Shown here: positions 8,871 through 17,148 of the stretch, in pieces
How positions within the stretch are numbered: the first letter of the stretch is position 1
Layout of the letters: every line of letters begins with the position of its first letter
Assembly: GCA_903928365.1 (NCBI GenBank)
Contig: CAIYQV010000190.1
Coordinates: forward strand, 1 to 42,949
Length of the DNA: 42,949 bases
Reading direction: 5' to 3'
From: an uncultured Flavobacteriia bacterium
GTDB taxonomy: Bacteria; Bacteroidota; Bacteroidia; Flavobacteriales_D; Crocinitomicaceae
Notes under the pieces: generated by a model
What the model saw: only the letters and a program-made list of their open reading frames with translations
Database searches by the model: none
Told to the model about the DNA's origin: nothing
Made by a program: the position numbers and the translations under genes

Positions 8871-11327
8871 TTACTCTTCAGATTTTCCTGAAAGCTTGAA
8901 GTCGATCTTATAGTAGAAGATCGGTAAAAAACCTAATTGGGTTTTTTGAGAGATCGGCTGATAGTTAGCCGAGTTCACTACGGAAGGATCCAGAGAAGGA
9001 GCATAAGCAAGACTCAACAGATTCTTAGTGTTAAGGATATTCACCAGATCCAGTCCAAATTCGTGTGTCACTTTTTTCGCATTCATGCGCCAGCTGATCT
9101 TGATGTCCATTCGGAAATAATCTTTGAATTGCAGGTCATTGAACAAAGAGTCTTGAAATATGATCTCTTTCAATGAATCAGTACGGGACACATCTACGAG
9201 GCCATATCGCTTACCACCGGCACCTGTGATCTTTGTGCCAATCCCAATAATATGTTTTTCATTTAATTTAAATTCTTTTCCTGCAAGGAAATTGGCAACA
9301 TAACGACCGTTATAGGAAGTATTTCTCCAGATATTGTCACTTCCTTGGTATTTAGAATCGTATAGTGTTCCGGAAAACAAGAAGAAAAAAGATTTATCAA
9401 AATACTTCTGAATGGTAAGTTCCAGACCGTAATTCACTCCAATTCCGGTATTTTGAAGGGAATCTGCAAAAATTCGTGAGAAACCGCTACCCATATTGAT
9501 CATGGAAAAAGAGGATGGAGCAATAGTTACCGGAACATTGTACAGGTATTGATAATAAGCTTCCGTTCGGATATTGAATCCTTTGTTGAAGGATTTCTCG
9601 TAACCTAGCCCCGAATGCACCGAACGCATGAAATCCATTTTTCCGTTGTAACGAACAGCCTTGCCGTTTTGGTCATAACGATGGTAGTAATAGGTGTAAA
9701 GCGGCTGAGTCTGGCTGTGCATTCCTGCTCCAGCGAAGATCGCTTGTCCGTTTTTCATTCGGTATTTCCAACCCAATCGAGGTTCGACTGGACTAACGCT
9801 TACTGAAAGAGCATGAAAGATATGACTGTGGATTCCTGCCGTCAGGTCCATATTATCACTCAAACGCCATTTCCATTGAATGAATGGTTGGATCATCCCT
9901 GCCGTACCTTTATAATCCCAGCGTTTTGAGAAATTTCCGGGAACGGTGATATCGGTCAACACACTATCAAGGAAGTTTACACTCAAAAGATCGCCGTAAA
10001 TACCGGCTTTTAGGAGATGTTTTTTACTGATCTTGTGGTTAACAGCAAAATAATTGGACAATTTGGTGATGCCGAAACGATACCCCATCAAAGGATATTT
10101 ATTGTTTACAAGAATGGAGGTATCACCATTGTTAATGTTCAATGAGCGAACGAGGTATTCATGGAAAGCATGCTGTTCTTCTGCTGAATAGGCCATTGTC
10201 CAAGCGATAAACGTTTTTTCATTCAGCGACTTTTTGTAATTGATTCCAGTGATCCCCATCGAAGTGCCGAATTGTTGGTCACGGTCTCCCTCACCGTAAA
10301 GCTCACTGGAGTACTCTGTCTGATCAGAAATCTTGATGTCAATTTGACTTTTACCACCAATTCCAAACAAAGACAAGTTTCCTCCTTTTTTGAGTCGCCA
10401 GTTTAATTTGAAAGCAGCATCGCCATACACTGGCACAGCATCTGTACCGATTTTAATACCCAATGCCTGAAACATGGAAAGAGTAGAATATCGACCCATT
10501 ACCAGGTAGCTTGCGGTATTCTTTTTATTCATAGGTCCCTCAGCCAGCATTTCGGTGCCAAACAAACCAAACTGACCGGTGAACTCATGGCTTCTGTCGT
10601 TCCCGTTTCGCAATTTCAAGTCGAAAATACCGGATGTGCTGTTTCCAAATTCGGCAGGAAAGGCACTCATAAAAAAGTCTGAATTACCCAGGATTTTATT
10701 GTTGAGTACAGAAACCGGTCCTCCTGTGCTACCAGAAATCGCAAAGTGAGAAGGGTTGGGAATGTCTATTCCTTCTACCTTCCAAACCACCCCAAGGGGT
10801 GAATTTCCACGAATAATAATATCGTTTCGGGAATCGTCGGCTCCTTGAACCCCCGCAAAATTAGAAGCCATCCGTGCAGGATCCATTCTGGAACCAGGGT
10901 AGCGATTGGTTTCTTCAACACTGAATTGTTGTGCAGATATCAATGCCATTTCATTGATCACCTCGCCTTTCCTTCGGGCATTTACTGTAATTTCTTTTTG
11001 TTCAACTACACGCTCGTTCAAAGGAACGTTTACTATACATTCCTTACCCGACGTGACTTCAATGGTCACACTTTTGATATCGTATGTTGGGAATTTTATT
11101 TCTGCCTGATGCTTTCCTACCGGAACTTTTTCAATGACAAATCGTCCTTCTTCATCAGAAATGCCTCTGTATCGTTTTAAGCTATCACCGGTAAAGACTT
11201 CCACTTTAGCTCCTGTCAGTGGGAAATTAGTCTCACTGTCAAATACCTTCCCGCGCACTGTCTGCGTAGGTTGCGCAAACAGGAGTATTGGAGCAATGAC
11301 AAAAAGTAGTAATGTAATTGTTTTCAT
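8871..11327 (-). CDS. TonB-dependent receptor with N-terminal carboxypeptidase-regulatory-like domain
   Basis: Signal peptide. CarboxypepD_reg-like start VRGKVFDSETNFPLTGAKVEV, plug-like region DIIIRGNSPLGVVWKVEGIDI, then a barrel region of about 600 aa. Confidence 0.85.
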   Translation of the reverse strand: MKTITLLLFVIAPILLFAQPTQTVRGKVFDSETNFPLTGAKVEVFTGDSLKRYRGISDEEGRFVIEKVPVGKHQAEIKFPTYDIKSVTIEVTSGKECIVNVPLNERVVEQKEITVNARRKGEVINEMALISAQQFSVEETNRYPGSRMDPARMASNFAGVQGADDSRNDIIIRGNSPLGVVWKVEGIDIPNPSHFAISGSTGGPVSVLNNKILGNSDFFMSAFPAEFGNSTSGIFDLKLRNGNDRSHEFTGQFGLFGTEMLAEGPMNKKNTASYLVMGRYSTLSMFQALGIKIGTDAVPVYGDAAFKLNWRLKKGGNLSLFGIGGKSQIDIKISDQTEYSSELYGEGDRDQQFGTSMGITGINYKKSLNEKTFIAWTMAYSAEEQHAFHEYLVRSLNINNGDTSILVNNKYPLMGYRFGITKLSNYFAVNHKISKKHLLKAGIYGDLLSVNFLDSVLTDITVPGNFSKRWDYKGTAGMIQPFIQWKWRLSDNMDLTAGIHSHIFHALSVSVSPVEPRLGWKYRMKNGQAIFAGAGMHSQTQPLYTYYYHRYDQNGKAVRYNGKMDFMRSVHSGLGYEKSFNKGFNIRTEAYYQYLYNVPVTIAPSSFSMINMGSGFSRIFADSLQNTGIGVNYGLELTIQKYFDKSFFFLFSGTLYDSKYQGSDNIWRNTSYNGRYVANFLAGKEFKLNEKHIIGIGTKITGAGGKRYGLVDVSRTDSLKEIIFQDSLFNDLQFKDYFRMDIKISWRMNAKKVTHEFGLDLVNILNTKNLLSLAYAPSLDPSVVNSANYQPISQKTQLGFLPIFYYKIDFKLSGKSEE

Positions 11328-11350
11328 AGGTGTAATGGTTGTTTAATGAT

Positions 11351-13087
11351 CTAATTGGTCGCTTTGGTATATTCTTCTTCGGTCCAGTCTTTTTTATAAA
11401 CCTCTTTGAATACGAACATATTCAATGCATTGAAATGCAGATTGCGAACATTGGAATATACGATCTGAATATCCCCCATGTACCACAGCGGGATAATAGG
11501 CGGATCCTGCATAAGAATGCGTTCTGCTTTGGCATAATTCTCCATCGCTTCAGGCTTTCGGTCACTGTTTTTAGCAGTTTCGAAGAAATGATCAAAGAGG
11601 GGATTGGAATACCTGGATTGGTTGATAGGACTCGGAATAGATGGGTCTGAAGGAACCAACTTCCCATAAAAATTCGTCAGAAAAGTTTCAGGATTCGCAT
11701 AGTCTCCATACCAAGCGCTTCGGAAGATCTCACCATTTCCGCTGGCACCATCCGCTTCTTTTTGATCGAATGTCGAACCGTCTATATTAACATTGATATT
11801 CAGGTTCTGAAAGATCTGTTGCGCAAATTCATCTGCGACGGCAGAATGCTTTTCGTCTATATTGAAGCGAAGATTTACAGAGCCAAACCCAGCACCGTTT
11901 GGATAACCCGCCTCGGCCAACAATTTTTTCGCTTTCTCGGGATCGTAAGAATAACATACCTCTTTGATCTTGTCAAAGTCGTATCCTTTAAAAATAGTAT
12001 AAATAGGAGGCACGATTCCGTAATAGCCGAGTTCGTTATATTGGTTTCTTAGTACATCCCGCCCAATTTTTTCTCTGTCAATCGCATAGTTAAAAGCCTG
12101 TCTCACCCGTGCATCTTTAAATCGAGGGTCAGACATATTAAAAAAGTAGTATTGTGTTGAGAGCAATGGATTATCATACATTACTAATACAGGAGGCTTG
12201 GAATTAAAATCACTTATCCTTCCTTCAAGCATTTTAGTGATGCGACTGGTTGGTAAACCTAAGATGAGGTCGGTCTCGTGATTCTCGAACATATCCAGTT
12301 GTTCTAGTTTTCGATTTTCAAAAACGAACTCTAGCTTATCTAGGTAAGGCAATGCATTTCCTTCTTTATCGGTTAGGTAATAATCTTCGTTTTTGATTAA
12401 TGTTACTGATTTCGGAGGTCCATTTGTAATCCCGTTGAATTGGAATGGTCCAGTACCGATTACGACATCATTAGCCCCTGATTTTAGAACCTTTTCAGAG
12501 CAGATGGATGCGCAAACATTGGATAGTTTATTTAGAAAATTTTCATCTTTCTTGATCAATCTAAGTGAGATCTTGTTGCCTGTAACCTTTATTCCGGCAA
12601 TAGATTTTGCCTTTCCTTCCAGAAATGGTCCGGCACCTTGTAAATGATCCTTAAACAAGTAGTTGTATGCATGCGGCACACTTCCATCTTTATTTTTTGA
12701 ACAAATGCGCTCAATAGTATATTGTACGTCGCTTGCACGAAGGAAACGATCATCATCTGATGAAAATGCAGCATTTGAATGGAACATCACATCCGTTCTT
12801 AATTCAAATTCATAGCTCATGCCATCATCACTGATTTTCCAGGATTTTGCAATTAATGGTTCAATGTGCAGTGTTTTGGGATCGATGGTTACCAATCCTT
12901 CCATTATTTGAGAAACGACAGTTGCAGAGAAATAGTCGCTGATTTCCATGGAGTTATAACTGGAAGGTTCGTTGTCAATGGCCATTTTAAGTGAGCCTCC
13001 GGCGAACTCAAATTGCTTTCCGGAATTGCTTCCGCAGGCGGACAACATGAGGAGTAGAGTGGTAGAAATGATCCAGAGAATTCTCAT
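11351..13087 (-). CDS. ABC-type substrate-binding protein, family 5 (peptide/nickel type), lipoprotein
   Basis: Lipobox LMLSAC followed by GS. Family-5 SBP pattern including FFNMSDPRFKDARVRQAFNYAIDREKI. 23 nt upstream of the TonB-dependent receptor gene on the same strand. Confidence 0.85.
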   Translation of the reverse strand: MRILWIISTTLLLMLSACGSNSGKQFEFAGGSLKMAIDNEPSSYNSMEISDYFSATVVSQIMEGLVTIDPKTLHIEPLIAKSWKISDDGMSYEFELRTDVMFHSNAAFSSDDDRFLRASDVQYTIERICSKNKDGSVPHAYNYLFKDHLQGAGPFLEGKAKSIAGIKVTGNKISLRLIKKDENFLNKLSNVCASICSEKVLKSGANDVVIGTGPFQFNGITNGPPKSVTLIKNEDYYLTDKEGNALPYLDKLEFVFENRKLEQLDMFENHETDLILGLPTSRITKMLEGRISDFNSKPPVLVMYDNPLLSTQYYFFNMSDPRFKDARVRQAFNYAIDREKIGRDVLRNQYNELGYYGIVPPIYTIFKGYDFDKIKEVCYSYDPEKAKKLLAEAGYPNGAGFGSVNLRFNIDEKHSAVADEFAQQIFQNLNINVNIDGSTFDQKEADGASGNGEIFRSAWYGDYANPETFLTNFYGKLVPSDPSIPSPINQSRYSNPLFDHFFETAKNSDRKPEAMENYAKAERILMQDPPIIPLWYMGDIQIVYSNVRNLHFNALNMFVFKEVYKKDWTEEEYTKATN

Positions 13088-13334
13088 AAGTACTGAATAT
13101 CTGTTGATACAAAGATGCTTAAAAATCTTATCAATGGCGGTGTTACGAATAATTACTTTCGACGTTCAATTGTTCAAAATGAAGATGTAAGACTCATTTT
13201 CAATAAAATTTAACTTTCTGTCATTTATATTGGTTAAAAATGTTTTTCGGATGTCGTACGAAACAAAAATTCTTGTAATATTGTGGGGAATTATGATTAT
13301 TTACTGAAACAAATACTGTTATACTCCTGGTTTC

Positions 13335-14135
13335 ATGAAAATAGTTTTAAGTATTTTACTTACTTTTTTGAGTGTATCGCTTCTATTCGGAGCTTCTCTG
13401 TCCATTGAGGGAACGTATCAAGGTAAAAACCTTTACGTTCAAAATCCTATGGATGATGATGGTTTCGGTTATTGTGCCACCAAGGTTACTGTGAATGGTG
13501 ACATCATGCCTGGTGGAACCAACATGGGTGCCTTCGAAATTGATTTTGCCAATTTTAATATTGCTATCGGCGAAACGGTTTTTATTGTTATCGAGCACAA
13601 CGACGGATGTAAGCCGAAAATTTTGAACCCTGAAGTGTTGCTTCCACGAAGTACATTTGTGGTTACAAGTATTACGGTTTCAAATGCCGGTAAACTGACT
13701 TGGCAAACGACCGGAGAGCAAGGTAAGTTACCTTATATCATTGAACAATACAGATGGAATAAATGGGTTACCGTGGGCGAAGTTCAAGGTAAAGGAACTC
13801 CAGGAGCCAACTCGTACGAATTCAATGTAACACCTCATTCAGGTGAAAACACAGTTCGTGTAGTTCAGATTGATCATAGTGGATCGAAAAGGACATCTAA
13901 AGAAGTGAAGTTCGTTTCCAACATTCCAATTGTAGCTAAAAGTCCTGTAAAAGTAAAAGAGGTAATTTCTTTCACTGCCAACGGTCAACCGGTGGAAACG
14001 CGCTACGAGATTTACGATGCTTATGGAAACATTGTAAAGAAGGGAGTAGGGTCGTCGGTGAATTGCCAAAATCTATTGAGCGGGGCATACTACATCAATT
14101 TCGATAACGTTAACGAAAAGTTCATTAAGAACTAA
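13335..14135 (+). CDS. Hypothetical secreted protein with possible T9SS type-A C-terminal sorting domain
   Basis: Signal peptide MKIVLSILLTFLSVSLLFGA. Beta-rich. C-terminal ~60 aa (YEIYDAYGNIVKKG...LLSGAYYINF) resembles Por/T9SS type-A CTDs. Confidence 0.55.
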   Translation: MKIVLSILLTFLSVSLLFGASLSIEGTYQGKNLYVQNPMDDDGFGYCATKVTVNGDIMPGGTNMGAFEIDFANFNIAIGETVFIVIEHNDGCKPKILNPEVLLPRSTFVVTSITVSNAGKLTWQTTGEQGKLPYIIEQYRWNKWVTVGEVQGKGTPGANSYEFNVTPHSGENTVRVVQIDHSGSKRTSKEVKFVSNIPIVAKSPVKVKEVISFTANGQPVETRYEIYDAYGNIVKKGVGSSVNCQNLLSGAYYINFDNVNEKFIKN

Positions 14136-14141
14136 TTCTCC

Positions 14142-14561
14142 GTGTTACGTAAGATCGAACACTTGGGCATTGCTGTTGAGAGTATTGAAGAATCTCTGAA
14201 AATTTACGAAGCACTTCTAGGTACCTCATGTTACAAGATCGAATCTGTGGAATCGGAATTCGTGAAGACGGCTTTTCTTCAGGTAGGGGAATCCAAGATC
14301 GAACTGTTGGAGGCCACCAATCCTGATTCAGCTATCGGGAAATTCTTATCCAAAAAAGGTAAAGGAATTCATCACATTGCTTTTGATGTTGAAGATATTG
14401 AGGATGAAATAAGACGTCTTACCGCTGAGGGATTCGAATTAATCCATACCAGTCCCAAAGATGGAGCAGATAACAAGCTGATTGCTTTTCTTCATCCAAA
14501 ATCTACCGATGGAGTACTGGTCGAATTATGTCAGGAAAAAAACGGTTCAAGTAAGTCCTGA
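14142..14561 (+). CDS. Methylmalonyl-CoA epimerase (VOC/glyoxalase fold)
   Basis: GTG start. LRKIEHLGIAVESIEESLKIYEALLG, GKGIHHIAFDVEDI and VLVELCQ match epimerase-type VOC proteins. Confidence 0.8.
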   Translation: MLRKIEHLGIAVESIEESLKIYEALLGTSCYKIESVESEFVKTAFLQVGESKIELLEATNPDSAIGKFLSKKGKGIHHIAFDVEDIEDEIRRLTAEGFELIHTSPKDGADNKLIAFLHPKSTDGVLVELCQEKNGSSKS

Positions 14562-15139
14562 TCAACAAGATGTAATACTTGAAGCCCTATTGCTTTTGCA
14601 CCTTCTATATGCTGTTGCGTGTCATCAATAAAAAGGGTTGATGAAGGGTTTAGACCTTCTCTTTTACATATTTCATGAAATGTTTCAGTATGAGGTTTGC
14701 GCATGCCCATCACATGAGAGAAATAGATTTTATTGAAATAATGCTCCATTGGCAAATCTGTCACTTTCGACCATTCTCTTCTAACCACAGGAACATGAAG
14801 TTCATTGGTATTGCTTAATAGAAATACAGGATAATCATTCTTTAAGCGATCCAATAGTCGGATTCTTTCAGTTGGAACATTCAGGATCATTTGGTTCCAG
14901 GCTTCGACAACTTTGTTGGGAGAGGTGCCCTGTGGTAAATAAACCAAAAGTTCATTGATAAAGCGCTGCGCTGAGATTTTCCCTGTTTCAAAATCGGAGA
15001 ATAGATCAGTTTGAGCAGCCTGGCTATATAGTTCGGAAAAATCTATTACGCCCAGAGCCTCAAAAGCTGCTGTCGTTTTGTGATAATCTAAGTTGATCAA
15101 GACACCGCCCAAGTCGAAAATGATGGCTTCATATTTCAT
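14531..15139 (-). CDS. HAD-superfamily hydrolase (subfamily IA)
   Basis: ATG 15139 chosen (MKYEAIIFDLGGVLINLD gives the HAD motif I DxG). Motif II LLSNTN, motif IV FIDDTQQHIEGA. Confidence 0.8.
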   Translation of the reverse strand: MKYEAIIFDLGGVLINLDYHKTTAAFEALGVIDFSELYSQAAQTDLFSDFETGKISAQRFINELLVYLPQGTSPNKVVEAWNQMILNVPTERIRLLDRLKNDYPVFLLSNTNELHVPVVRREWSKVTDLPMEHYFNKIYFSHVMGMRKPHTETFHEICKREGLNPSSTLFIDDTQQHIEGAKAIGLQVLHLVDQDLLEPFFS

Positions 15140-15225
15140 TTTGCAAAGGAATAAAAAAAACAGGTGCTTCCTATTTCTGAATGGTTTCCACGTATCTTTA
15201 TTCCGCAATTTTCACTTAGAAAGAA

Positions 15226-15996
15226 ATGAAGTTATTCCTTAAAGAGGGTGTTTTTATCGATACGGATCATCCATTAGATATTTCCATTCCATTAGTGGCC
15301 GGAAAAGCCAACCTGACGGCATGGTATGTCGAACCTCCCCGTTTTGAGCCTGTTCGAGCCAATGGATTTATAGGGTCTGTAGCTGAAGGAGGAAGCGTTA
15401 ATTTCAGAGATGTTTTTTTCAATCCGCACGGACATGGAACACATACTGAATGTTTGGGACACATCACAAAAGAGGTGTTTTCTATCAATCAAACATTGCG
15501 CTCCTTTTTTTGCAGTGCTTTGGTGATTTCACTTGAACCTGAATCAGAGTTCAATGAAAAGGATGGGCGTATAGATCATGTGGTTAAAACCGCGCAGGTA
15601 GCGGATGCAATTCGTGGAATTGAAAAAGTAGAGGCATTGATTATTCGCACCTTGCCAAATAAAAAGGAAGAGAAAATTGGAAAGGCATATTCGGATACGA
15701 ATCCCCCTTATTTGGAAACCGGTATCATTGATATTCTTGAAAAACTGCAAGTGAAACATTTATTGGTCGATCTCCCTTCTGTTGATAGGGAATCGGATGA
15801 AGGTAAATTGGCGTTTCATCATCTGTTTTGGAAAGTGCCTGTCAATCCCGATCATGAGCGCACGATAACGGAATTGATTTTTGTGGGGGATCATATTAAA
15901 GATGGCGCCTATATTCTGGAATTGCAGGTAGCTCCCTTTGAAAATGACGCCGCACCATCACGACCTGTTTTGTATCAGATTATTGCCGAAAACTAA
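15226..15996 (+). CDS. Putative cyclase / arylformamidase-like family protein
   Basis: HGHGTHTECLGH resembles the HxGTHxDxPxH metal-binding motif of the cyclase family, with D to E and P to L variants. Confidence 0.65.
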   Translation: MKLFLKEGVFIDTDHPLDISIPLVAGKANLTAWYVEPPRFEPVRANGFIGSVAEGGSVNFRDVFFNPHGHGTHTECLGHITKEVFSINQTLRSFFCSALVISLEPESEFNEKDGRIDHVVKTAQVADAIRGIEKVEALIIRTLPNKKEEKIGKAYSDTNPPYLETGIIDILEKLQVKHLLVDLPSVDRESDEGKLAFHHLFWKVPVNPDHERTITELIFVGDHIKDGAYILELQVAPFENDAAPSRPVLYQIIAEN

Positions 15997-16026
15997 AAAA
16001 GGCGCTCCGAATGAAGCGCCTCCAAA
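15995..16026 (-). terminator. Intrinsic terminator for the minus-strand SprB-repeat gene
   Basis: Stem GGCGCT (16001-16006) / AGCGCC (16015-16020) with an 8-nt loop. The A6 tract on the plus strand gives U6 after the hairpin on the minus-strand RNA. Confidence 0.7.
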
Positions 16027-16039
16027 GAAAAGGATGTTA

Positions 16040-16849
16040 TTAACGAACGATGAGTGTTTCATTTTGTACTGAACCGTCTGCTTTTTTGATGTTCACCTGG
16101 TAGTTTCCTGTTGGAAGATCTGTAGGCTCTTGTGCATTTAACGTTTTCACAAGTAATCCGTAGGTGTTGTAAATTTCAATTTTATCATCCATTGCAACAT
16201 TTCTGAAATTTACAGGCCCGTTGCTCGGGTTTGGATACACAATTCGGTTGTCGGGTGTAAGTGATCCACCTTGTTGAATGTGTTGAAAGTTAAGCATTAA
16301 GCTTAGATCAACACGGAAACTTTTTTCGACGATACAACCACCTGCAGAGGTAACCTTTAGATTGTAAGTTCCTATTTTCAACCCATTTTGATCAAGTGTT
16401 GAAAGGTCGATGCCAGATCCGTCAACGGTACCCCATGAATATGTGTACGTTTCAAGTAGTCCGGATACGGTTACATCGATGGCACCATTTGCACTTCCTA
16501 AGCTAGACACGTCTGTTACAATTCCATTGATCACAATCTCTGCTGGTTCAATTACAGTAATAGGACCGGAAATAGTATCTTGATGAGAGTCGATAACCAT
16601 AACATCGTAGTTGCCGGCACCAATTCCTGTCAACGTTGTTCCACTTGCACCATTCCCCCAGATCACTGTGTATGGAGCTTGCCCGCCAGAAATGGTCAGA
16701 TCGATCTCCCCATCGGAAGAGCCATGACATTTAGGTGTGGTTAAACTTACAGAACACATTAGAGGAGATTTTCCTGTTTCTTGTGCGAATGTACCTTTAG
16801 TTAAACTTGTAACTGCTAAAAGGGCGATAAGTGCGTTTTTTGTTTTCAT
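16040..16849 (-). CDS. Secreted SprB-repeat protein with T9SS type-A C-terminal sorting domain
   Basis: ATG 16849 chosen (MKTKNALIALLAVTSLTKGTFAQ signal peptide). Two SprB-type repeats (CHGSSDGEIDLTISGGQAPYTVIWGNG...GNYDVMVID; ANGAIDVTVSG...YTYSWG...GTYNLKVTS). CTD IVYPNPSNGPVNF...IEIYNTYGLLV...GNYQVNI. Confidence 0.75.
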   Translation of the reverse strand: MKTKNALIALLAVTSLTKGTFAQETGKSPLMCSVSLTTPKCHGSSDGEIDLTISGGQAPYTVIWGNGASGTTLTGIGAGNYDVMVIDSHQDTISGPITVIEPAEIVINGIVTDVSSLGSANGAIDVTVSGLLETYTYSWGTVDGSGIDLSTLDQNGLKIGTYNLKVTSAGGCIVEKSFRVDLSLMLNFQHIQQGGSLTPDNRIVYPNPSNGPVNFRNVAMDDKIEIYNTYGLLVKTLNAQEPTDLPTGNYQVNIKKADGSVQNETLIVR

Positions 16850-17052
16850 GATATTTTGTATTTCGTTTTTTACTTGTGTTTTGTTTCTTGAGACAAAGGA
16901 ATGCAGGTTTAGCTGCAGATTTTTACATTTTTGAAATACAGACAATCAAATTCATGAGATACACCGAAAGAGAGCTACGTAGATTTACGTTCACTTACAC
17001 GTACTTGTATGTAACACGGTTTATTTGGGACGATTTTAGGCAGGAATGGAGT

Positions 17053-17089
17053 AAAAAAAAAGCGGGTGACTGCAATCATCCGCTTTTTT
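17053..17089 (+). terminator. Orphan intrinsic terminator in the non-coding gap (A9-hairpin-T6, potentially bidirectional)
   Basis: GCGGGTGA (17062-17069), loop ctgcaa, TCATCCGC (17076-17083), then T6. The plus-strand RNA gives 8 pairs including one G-U. The minus-strand RNA has an A-C mismatch but is followed by U9. Confidence 0.65.
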
Positions 17090-17148
17090 CATGGTAGTAG
17101 TAAGTTATTCAACGTAGTGCTAAAACTTGAAAACCTAAAAAAAACAGG

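Noticed and set aside
15141-15165. A 13-nt identity (taaaaaaaacagg, minus-strand CCTGTTTTTTTTA) plus a GAAG(C/T)A-like flank, shared between the HAD/cyclase intergenic region and the candidate operator region at 17136-17160.
   Set aside because: Most of the match is an A8 homopolymer. Exact 13-mers are expected to recur by chance several times in 43 kb, and there is no second repeat copy at a 21-bp distance here.
16876-17097. A 73-aa ORF in the large non-coding gap.
   Set aside because: It reads straight through the A9-hairpin-T6 terminator and stops just after it. Its composition is odd (FTFTYTYLYV) and no motif is present. The region is more likely RNA or regulatory.
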